Program-made: the position numbers and the translations under genes
The notes under the pieces: generated by a model
Database searches by the model: none
What the model saw: only the letters and a program-made list of their open reading frames with translations
What the model was told of the DNA's origin: nothing
Shown: positions 54,501 to 64,000 of the stretch, one piece after another
Position numbering within the stretch: position 1 is the stretch's first letter
Layout of the letters: every line of letters starts with the position of its first letter
Source of the DNA: Geosiphon pyriformis uo1
Taxonomy: Eukaryota; Fungi; Glomeromycota
Reading direction: 5' to 3'
DNA length: 64,000 bases
Assembly (NCBI GenBank): GCA_016748015.1
Contig: JAAOMT010000678.1
Coordinates: 352,389-416,388 of the forward strand

Positions 54501-57500
54501 TTAGATTTGTTTATTTATGACAAACCATCAGCATTTCTGTTGTCTTTTCTCTTTTTATAATATATAGTATACTTATATAGTGTGAGTGCCATTTTCCATC
54601 TCCAAATTCTTGTTTTTGAAGTGATATTAATCCTTTGTGATTTGTGTATACTTCAAACTTCTGATTCAAGTATTCTTTCCATTTCATGACTGCCCAGTAT
54701 ATTGCTAAGTGTTCTTGTTCCAGTGTTCCATAGTTCTTTTCGGCTGGTGTTAAACTTTTGCTGGCATATACTACTGAATGTTCTCTGCCATCTGGTCCTC
54801 TCTGAAATAGTACTGCTCCCAATGCTTGGCTGGATGCATTGGTGGTGATGATGAATGGTTTGCTGTGATCTGGATAGATCAGTACTGGAGCTTAGATGAG
54901 CTTTCTTTTCAGAATATCAAAAGCTTCTTGTTGACTTTCTGTCCATTCATATTTTGTATTCTTGTTTTGTAGTTGGTTGAGTGGCTGCGCTATTTTGGAA
55001 AAGTTCTTGATAAAACATTGATAGTAGCTAGCAAATTCCAAGAATGATTTCAGTTCTGTCATATTGGTCAGCACTGGAAAGTTCTTTACTATCTCTATTT
55101 TCTCTGGATCTGTTTTGATGCTGTCTTTGCTGACTATGTGTCCCAAGAATTTTAGTTTTGTCTTGCTAAAGAAGCATTTTGTTGCATTTAACTTTAGTCC
55201 TGCTCTTCTTAGTCTTTCGAACACTTATTGAAGATGATGAAGATAATCATCAAATGTTTTTGAAAATACATTGGTGTCATCCAAGTATACAACTACTGAT
55301 TTCCACAATAAGCCAGTATAAACAATTTTCATTAGCCATTGGAAAGTTGCTGGGGCATTAGTTAAGCCAAATGGCATTACTTTAAATTCGAAATTTTCTT
55401 CTCTAGTAGTGAATGCCGTCTTCTCTTTATTGGCCAAATTCATGGCTACTTGCCAGTAACTACTGTCTAAGTCTAATGTTGAGAACCATTTGTTCCCACC
55501 GAAAGCATCAAATAATTCCTGTATTCATAGAATTGGATAGCTGTCTCCATGAGTTACACTATTGAGTTTCCTGTAGTCTACACAAAATCAGATTTTTTCA
55601 TTCTTCTTACAGATGAGTACTACTGGTAATGACCATGGGCTCATTGATGGCTGAATTAGCCCATTGTCAAGCATTCAGTTTATCTCTTAATGGATGATCT
55701 CGTGGCTAGCTGGTAGTACTTTGTATGCTCTTTGTTTAATTGGCATTGCATCTCCAGTCTTGATCTGATGCTAGATAATATTAGTTTGGCCAAACTCATT
55801 TTCGTTGGCAAAGATGTTATTAAAATTGTTGAGCAACATTTTGAGCTGCATACGTTGTAGTGGGTCTAGATTTCCTATGTTCATTTGTTTTAATTGTTTT
55901 GGTTGAAGTAAATAACATTCATCTTGTCCATAGATTGTTTGTGATGTAATGTCAACATATCCACAAAGTTGTGGAAAGTCTGGAATGGGGTTTGGTGGTT
56001 GGTCTTCTATTTCTGTGGTTAAATATCCAATGTTGATTCTTTTTGGTACATTGATGATATTGCCAGTGTTGTTGTAGATGGGAATTTTTATGTGGCTATA
56101 GCTTTTGGCTGGTATGTGGAGATTGATCAGCCCAATCTCTCTTGATTCACAAAGGTTTGCTTCAGCTTCAAAAATCTGTTCTTGCTCCTTTTTCTTCCTT
56201 TTTATTGCTAGCATATACTGGCTATATGGTGAAATGGAAATAGCTTAACCGGTTGAGATAATTTCTCCTTGGCCAACAATTTTTTCCTCTGCTATATTAA
56301 CTGGTACATCTATTCTACCTGTTGACCCAAATCCCTGTATCTCTCTTGCTGTTATTTCTAATTCTTCCCTGTTTCCCACTGACATTAATTGAGCTATTTT
56401 AACCAGAGGCAGGAATATTGTCTGTGCTATCTTTTTGTTTGGTTCTATAATATAGGCCTTTTCTGAGTCATTTTGTAGCATGGCGATGATATTTCCTATA
56501 TATTCCACATCATTTATTCCTCCTCTTATATTAATCTCTCTTCTTGCTAAACTACTCCGGGATGCTAGTTGAACTATTGTTGTTGCTGAAATTTCCAGCA
56601 CTATTTTCAGATCAATGCAGGTGCGCAAATGTGGTTCCAATTTGATAACATCTTTTCCAGGATATTTCAGATCAAACCCTACATCGATATCATGTGCTCA
56701 TTCTGGCATAATGCCTTCGCCATTGTCACTGTACTATTTCAACTCCTGTTCTTTGGAGAGATCTAGTAGAGCAATGTATTGTTCGTAGTTAGGATCGAAG
56801 TCTGAATCATTGATATTTTCGTTGCCATATTGTGCAGAGCTGGAACTGGTGTTTTCATCATTGTCATTGTCAAGGTTTGAATTGGGATTGTAAACTAATT
56901 CTGATTCTGATATGCAGCTGTTAATTGGTTCCTCTTCCTTGGGGATTGTGTAGATCATGCGTGGTGGTGGATTGTAGATGAGGTCACACTCATCACAATA
57001 TTGGAAGTTACATGGAATTAAACAGTGGTAACATAACCTGGTGTTTATTTCTCCCAAGTGTTGTTCCTGTTTCTTTCTTGTGGGTGCTAATTCCTGGTAA
57101 TGTTTATGGAATTGCTCCAGATTTAGAAAATTTATGACTGGTTCTGGGTCCCAGTCAAGTTCTATGGGCTCTGGAGAATTGTTTTTGATTTCTTTGATCT
57201 TTTTGGGTGTTGCTCTTTCTATTTTGGTAATTGCTATTCTCCAAATTTTGTCATCATCATGTGGACAACTGTCCAGTTGCTACATGGCTCTTTTCCAGGC
57301 TGCCTCTATTGGGGTTTCTTTCCTTATCCAGTCACTTATTAAAATTGTGTATTGACACAATACATCGCATATTCTTCTACATTCAGGAATGTCATTCCAC
57401 ATCTCTTCATCTAGTAGGATCTTTCCACAAGCAAGACAAGATTGGTTATCCTATTTTTCTTGCCTCTTTGGTCACCCAAAGCATTCGAGTAGGCATGAAC

Positions 57501-60500
57501 AACAGTAGAACTTTGTTGTAGTGTGGTATTCCTTATTGTTACCACAGCATGCACCCATTGATGACAGTTTCTTGCCATAATTGACGCATACAAGTCTTGG
57601 CCATCGATAATTGGATTGTTGTGGAGTGTGGTGGGTGTAGGAATTATAAATGGTGACAGTTGGTGGCGTTCTTTCTTTTTTTTCTTTTTCTTTTCCCTTA
57701 TCTTTGTTCTATTCCCAACTTGAGGCTTCTTCTTGTTTGTTGTCAATCCAAATCAAATCATTGGTTTCCCAGGTAAGTTTGTTTGTTTGCTTTCCTTTCC
57801 CATTGTCATCCCAAGAGAGTATTGGTGGCAGCTTGTTGTGCTCTTTGTCAGCCCATGACACTTGGTAGGCTTTCCAGGTAGGTTTTGGTTTCTCTTCCTC
57901 GAAGTCGATTAGTGGTGCTGTGGTGTTGGTAGTCTTAAAGTGGCCACACATTGCTGGTACTTGCATGTGTTGTCCGTTCTGGCTGAGTTAAAGCTTTTGG
58001 GTATTCCAGTCCAGAGTGGTGTTCGTCTTGGACAGCCAGTCATTACTAACTAGAGCTTGATATTGGGTAGCTTCTATGATGAGTACTTTGATTGGTACTA
58101 TGATGCTGTTAATTTCGATTGGTAAGTCATCGATTTTGCCGATTAGAGTCTTGATTGCTCCATTAGCCATGATGATTCTGGTGCTAGCAGCTCAATCAAC
58201 TCAGCAACCTAATTGATCCATGAGTTGTTGTGTGATGATGCTGCCTGCTGAACCACTGTCAAAAATTAGTTTGATGGGATGGCCATCAATTTTCACATCA
58301 GTGTACATAGCGGTAATTGGCTTTTTTTTCAGTGTGGCTCTACTAAATAATGGCATGGTTGACAGTTCCTCAAGTTCGAATGAAAAAATGGCATCCAGAG
58401 ATTTGTCTTCCATGATTGTGGCAGGTGGAATGTTGCTGGTAGATGTTTGTCTGAGTTCCTGGTTGTTGGGTGTGGCATTTTCTGGAATAACCAGGAGACT
58501 TAAATAGTTTTGGGAATTCAGGTGTTGGGTGGTGCCAGTTTCCGAATTCCAAGAACAGAGTTCTGAGCTTTGGTGAGAGGAATTGGAGATCGGTTGATGA
58601 ACAACTATCGCCAATCTCCAATTTTGAGCAATTCTGGATCTTGGATTTCCTGATGTCATTGTAGCTAAGTTTTAGAGCAGTGTTTGGATTGATGGTTAAG
58701 TCTGATAAATTATTTGGGGCGGTGGCTGATAAATTACTGGAGGCTGCTGTTAATAAATTGCCGGTGGCTGTGGTTGATAAACTGGAATTTGATATACTAG
58801 TAGTTAATAGATTGATTGCTGCGTCATTGGCAGGTAAGTATTTTGATATTGGTCTTGGTTTTGATTTGGATAATGATTCAGAGTTTGGAACTGGCAATCA
58901 GGGTTTCTGTATTGATTTTCCGATTGTTGGTTGCTATAAGTATGACAATTAACTCGAATATGGCTTTGTTTACCACAGTTGTGGCAGACATGCGTTTCTG
59001 GCTGCCACGGCAGACTAGGTGCTGTTAAGGATAATGGACGTGATTGATTTTGGAAACAATTCATGTTTCCTGAATTATGGCGTTGTTGTGGTGTTTGATA
59101 TATGGCGCGATTGTTAGCTAAATACTCCTCTAATTTCTGATTAATTGATTCGCTAAAATGTTTTAATTTGGAATCCAATTCAGATAATCTATTTATTACT
59201 AGGTTTACTGCTTAGGCATGGTTGGCTTTTAACTTAGCTGCTTCAAAATTTCTGGCATGTGTAACTGCAGTAGGGAGGTCAACTGGATGCATTGGGCATA
59301 CTCACTGAAGGAAGTTACTATGCAAATTTCTAATAAATTGGTTTAAAATCTGTGGTGCTGTAAAATAGTCAGTTTGAATTGCTTGGATCTGGTACAGGTT
59401 TCTATGGAAGCATTCTAAGTAAGTAGTGACTACTTCAGTATCTTCTTGTTTAATAGTGGTGAAAAGGTTGGCTAACTTGTTGATGCTATTATTGTTGCTG
59501 AAATATCTTATGAATTCTGTCTTAAAGTCATTGAAGGTTTGAGATTTGACAGCTAGACTTTGATACCATGCATCTGTGGTGTCCCTTAGAAAGTATGGGA
59601 TGGCTTGAAGTACTTGAGTGTCATTCCACCCATTCACAGTAATGGCTTTCTCTATATCATTTAGCCATAGTTGCATGTTGTCTTCTTTGCTGGTAAAGTT
59701 GTCAAGTTTTGCGATTGGTACATAGACCATTGGATTTAAGTTGGGTTGTTGTGGTGGCTGTTGAAGCAGTTGTTGTTGTACTGGTTGTTAGAGTGGTAGT
59801 TGAAATGGCTGTTGTATGGATTCAGCTATTGGATTAATTGGCAGTTGCTTGATGACAATTACTGGAGATAAGTTTTGCTGATTAATTAATTCGGGGTTTG
59901 GATTGTTCTGCCTTTGATGATTCGGAGTTTCGATTTCCGAATTTTCTAAATTTAGATTTTGCTGAGCTTGAAAATTTGGGGTTTCAACTTCTGGGTTTTC
60001 AGTGATCAGGTTCTAGTAAGTAAATTCTTGATCTTCCGATTCTTCCTCTTCTTCCTCAGATAGTTCCCATGGGGTAACAGTTCCAAAGTCTGGCTGAGGT
60101 GGTGGTGATCAAATTCTTGATGGCGTTGGTGATTGTGATTTAAATCCTTTGAAGTATTTGCCATATGGTCCTAATAATTCTGTTTTCTTTTGTTTACTTT
60201 GGAATAGAAATTGTCCAAATGTTGATGCCATGTTTGATGTGGACACACTTATTGATAAAATGTTAATGGTGCTTCTGGGTGTATAGTGATAAGATGGATT
60301 GGTTGAGGATTCAACTTTTGTTTTCTTCCAAGTGGGTGGTTGTATTCTTTTAGGTATTACTGCTGATGTTTGTAGTTTTTCTTTGCCTTTATTAGCATAT
60401 GTAATTAGATATCTTTGTTGAGTGTGATGTTCAATTTTTTGGTTGATCTCAGTGATAATGGATGCAAAATTATGATTTGTTGGTAGATTGGTGTTTTGAA

Positions 60501-60744
60501 TTAATTCTCTATAGAAAGTTTCCCTTGCTGATTCAGTATTTACTGGTGTTCCTAACAAAGAGGAAATCTTTTCATTGACGTAGAAATTGAAGGCTGATTT
60601 GGCAGATATATGATTGTGGTTTAATCTCAAGTATTGACAATAGTATTGAAATAAGGATTTTGTGAATCCTAAATGGTTTGCTCCTATATTTTCTAATTCT
60701 GCCACTTTTGGATAGTGTTTGTTGGTACTGGTTCTCTGTAGAAT
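54501..60744 (-). pseudogene. ORF1 polyprotein of A5: N-terminal domain, gag (CA, CCHC), protease, Cys-rich domain, dUTPase, dUTPase-like domain, RT, RNase H
   Basis: Track fragments starting at 60705, 59730, 59178, 58659, 58170, 57966, 57057, 56640, 56214, 55443, 55224 and 54822 share one frame. Motifs CHNCGKQSHIRVNC, FDSGSAG and YLDD. Confidence 0.93.
56315..56690 (-). pseudogene. dut: dUTPase domain within ORF1
   Basis: All five trimeric dUTPase motifs are present: VGFDL, RSSL, GGINDVEYIG (GxIDxxYxG in other copies), KIAQ and REIQGFGSTG. Also at 7850-8200, 17500-17880, 30175-30550 and in A4. Confidence 0.92.
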
Positions 60745-60748
60745 TATA

Positions 60749-60765
60749 CCTCACAAGAAGCACCA
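60749..60765 (-). promoter_or_regulatory. Primer-binding site TGGTGCTTCTTGTGAGG
   Basis: Lies 2 nt after the 5' LTR and is complementary to a tRNA 3' end, CCTCAC...AGCACCA. Elongator Met or Ile(TAT) are plausible; the identity is not resolved. Confidence 0.85.
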
Positions 60766-60767
60766 AA

Positions 60768-61599
60768 TGTTACAGTAATTATTTGGGGTCTCAAGTCAAA
60801 TAACAAATCCATAACTTGGTGCTCAAAAGCTATTTGTGTTGATGATAAACTAAAGATTTTGGGATCTGAAGGTTTTTCCAATGAGTTTTTTGTATAATGG
60901 ACAGAGATTCAATAGTTGTTTTATCTATAGCTTCCCAGATTTGTAAGTCTGTCAATTCTTTTCTCAGCTTGGTGGCCGGCAATCCTCTAATAAGTAATTC
61001 GTATCTTTTGTATGTGTCCTACCCACTCGCAGGGGTTTTTTACCAGGCAATTCTTAATGTTAGTAATTAGCACTTTTAATCAATTGGTTAGTGCACAATA
61101 ACAAAATCACAAAAAATAAAGAAAATAACAAAAAATAAAGAAATGTAAAGAAATAAGCCAAGGCATTTGGTAGATTAGTATTCTGTCAATAGCCATAATC
61201 AAGAGCTATTGTTTCAGCATGATTAAGTATTAATTACTATCAACATGAAATGTTAATAGTGGAGAGTGAATTGAAATATGAAATAATTATTTATTTGATG
61301 ATTTTGTTTCTAGGCTAAGAATTCTGTGATATCGATTCTGTCTTTTCTGTTTCTAATACTACTGTTATATATACATATTTGAAATTCCTCAATTCCTTAA
61401 TTCTTTATGACAGAAATCCTGGAATTCCTAGAATTCTGCGATTCTTTTGAGAGGAATCCTGGAATTCTGGAATCCTGTGATTCCTCGTCGGAGAATCCTG
61501 CAATTCCTGAGAGGAATCCTGGAATTTTATATTTACTATGTCTACTTCTGATTGGCTAATAATTATACTAATATATTTCCTATATTTCTATAAATAACA
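60768..61599 (-). repeat. 5' LTR of A5 (832 bp)
   Basis: TGTTAC...ATAACA ends, adjacent to the PBS and the TSD. Confidence 0.95.
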
Positions 61600-61944
61600 A
61601 CACATTCTGGCATAATATTTTTTCTACTATTATTAAACCATCTTAATTCCTGCTCCTTAGCAAGATCAAAAAGTGTAATGTATTGTTTGGGATTTGAATT
61701 GGAGTTTGAATTGTTGTTATTATTGTTGTTATTATTTTAAACAGAGCTGAAATTATTGTTATTGTTATCATTGTCAGAGTTTGAATTGAGATTAAATGGT
61801 AATTCCAATTTTATTTTGTAGCTATTGATTGGTTTTTTTTTTCCAGAAATAGTATAGATTATGCATGGTGGTAAATTGTAAATGAGATTACACTCATTAC
61901 AATATTAAAAATCACAGAGAAATAGATAGTGTTGACAAAGTTGA
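61600..61944 (-). mobile_element. Continuation of A4 (end of the Cys-rich domain and acidic linker)
   Basis: Joins 51518 across the ACAC TSD and encodes LCQH..CDF*YCNECNLIYN. Confidence 0.88.
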
Positions 61945-64000
61945 TATTACAGATGATTATTTGGAGTCTCAAAGCAAATAACAAACCTGTAACTTGATGC
62001 TCAATCAATTATAATGATGTTGATTTTTGAAGGTTTTCGTGATCTGAAGGTTTTGGTAGAGTTTTTTGTATAATAGACAGAGATTTAATTAATAGTTTTA
62101 TCTGTAGTTTCCTGAAACCACAGTTTTGTTAATTTTTTTCTTAACATAATAGTCAGTAATTCTCCTGGTAAGATATCTTCAATTCTGAGTGTCTATCTTT
62201 ATTTCTGGATTTTTTACTAGTGCTATATCCTGATATCAGTATCTCTGTATGTAAATCTTTTTAATCAAGTTAGCAAAATAACAATAAAAATAAAGCAAGA
62301 AAAAAAAATAAGAAAATAAGCCAAAGCAATTTGTATGTTAGTATTCTGTCAATAGTTATGATCAAAAGCTATTGTTTTAATGTAATTAAGTATCAATTAC
62401 TATCAACATAAAGTGTTGATAGTGAAGAGAGGATTTGAAGTAGTGAATAATTATTTATTTTATTTGTAATATAAAAGGTTGCTTAGATTAAATCTAAATT
62501 GAGAGATCTGTTTTTTCTATTTCTGACACTACTGTTATATATACATAATTGAGATTCCTCAATTTCTCAATTTTTTACACCAAAAATTCTGGAATTCTTG
62601 GAATTCTGTAATTTTTTTTGAGAGAAATCTTAAAATTCTAGAATTCTGTAATTCCCTGTACAAGAATTTTGAAATTCTTAGAATTTCACATTTACTACAG
62701 CTACTTCTGATTGGCTAATTTATATGCTAATATACTTCCTATATTTTATGAGTAACATTATTTCCTTCTTTTTAATATTAAGCTTTGTCAAAATCTTCTA
62801 ATTCTAATTCTCTGTTTTTGAGCATTTCTTGAACTTCTTTTTTGAGAATTACTTAAGTTATCTTGTTTTGTAATTTTTCAAATTGGGCATTGGTTATTTT
62901 TCCCATTTGGTTAATGGTAATAGTGTTTATTGCTGGATTAAGTAGAATTTCTGGTCAGTCTTGAAATTTGGTATATAGCCAATAAATGGCTCTTGCTTGT
63001 GTGGTCAAATTTTTTTTCTCCACAAATAATTCCAGTTGTTGCAGTATTGTTGTATCAAATAATTATTTTGTTTTATCCATGTATAAATTTTGAATGTTCA
63101 AGTATTGTCTCAGATAAAAATAACAAAAGTTTTTTGGAAATTGTTGTATCTACCAATTACAAGTTTTGATAATCAACTCTTGATATTGGGTGATTTTTGG
63201 TTGTGCTTTTATTGTCAATTTCACTTTTGTAATTATTTTGTCAACAGTGTTTTTTGTTTTTCTCTGTACTTTATCTCATGATCTTTTTTTGGTGTTTTTG
63301 TATTTAATGGTTTGTTGATTGATTGTAATTTCTATTTCTTGTTGTTGGATCAGTTGAAAGAATTGTTGTGTTAGTGAGTGAATGTCATCAGTAATTTCCA
63401 TTTTTTTACTGTTTTTCATTGTATCTATTATGTCTTTATATATTTTTTTGGTTGATCAACTTGACATGTTTGTGTTGATGATAATGATTGGTTCTAGATC
63501 TCATGGAATCTCATCTGGTTTGACTAGTATTTTTTGTACTCCCAATTGCAGAATATTAGTGGTGGATGATAATATTATACTGTAGTATGATTTCAGTCGA
63601 TCTCTATATGTTACTTTGGCTAAAATTTTGTTGTTTCATCTTAATTTATAAGCTCTATTTCCAAGAATTTCTTTTATGTAAAATGGTCTGTCCCATTTGA
63701 GATCAAATTTTTCACTTTATTGTTTTTTCACTTTAGTACAATGTAAAAGTACTTTGTCTCCAATCTTGAATTCAATTGGTTTATCTGGTAGTTGGTTATT
63801 ATGTCTTTTTTTTTGTTTTTTTTGTGACTTTTGGATGTTATCAATTGCTCTTCATCATTTATTTTTTAGAGTTTCTATCAAGTCATATGTTCTTCTTAAC
63901 AATGTTTCCTGAAAATTGTCTTCAATTATTGGTTCTGTTGGATAAGTGTTAACTTTTATCTCAACTAGTAATATTGCTGTTCTACCATATACTAATTCAA
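61945..64000 (-). mobile_element. Family A copy A6: 3' LTR 61945-62757, ORF3 62772-63401, integrase C-terminus
   Basis: LTR ends, PPT and a 630-nt ORF3; inserted into A4 and continues right of the window. Confidence 0.92.

Larger units (their letters stand above)
51519..61599 (-). mobile_element. Complete and least decayed family A copy A5 (10,081 bp)
   Basis: LTRs 51519-52366 and 60768-61599; perfect ACAC TSD (51515-51518 / 61600-61603); PBS 60749-60765; PPT ~52370-52381. Confidence 0.97.

Noticed and set aside
58370-58897. Overlapping Ser/Thr/Asn-rich ORF as evidence for a gag-pol frameshift
   Set aside because: Gag and protease fragments are already in one frame; the alternative frame stays open because of the Gln/Pro repeat composition.

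Overview
This window is eukaryotic, AT-rich and consists entirely of nested, decayed retrotransposons. I found no host gene, RNA gene or CRISPR array. The repeat content resembles early-diverging fungal genomes (Glomeromycotina/Geosiphon-like); that is inferred from composition and my recollection of similar predicted proteins, not tested. There are six copies of Ty3/Gypsy family A (two complete: 25409-36340 on + and 51519-61599 on -), one near-complete copy of related family B (12984-22296), solo LTRs of families B and C, and three LINE copies plus a tail-only LINE insertion. All well-preserved LTRs have TGTTAC...GTAACA ends (or transition-decayed versions) and 4-bp TSDs, so the nesting order can be reconstructed. 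The main result is an unusual three-ORF layout shared by families A and B. ORF1 is one frame carrying a novel N-terminal domain, gag, protease, a Cys-rich domain, dUTPase, a dUTPase-like domain, RT and RNase H, ending at a conserved stop. Integrase follows as a separate ORF with its own ATG, and a conserved ~209-aa ORF3 of unknown function ends on the polypurine tract. All copies show heavy C>T/G>A decay graded by age, reaching roughly 10% GC at 38-46 kb. Target sites centre on CA/TG/TA, and surviving CpGs are biased to a TTCGA context.
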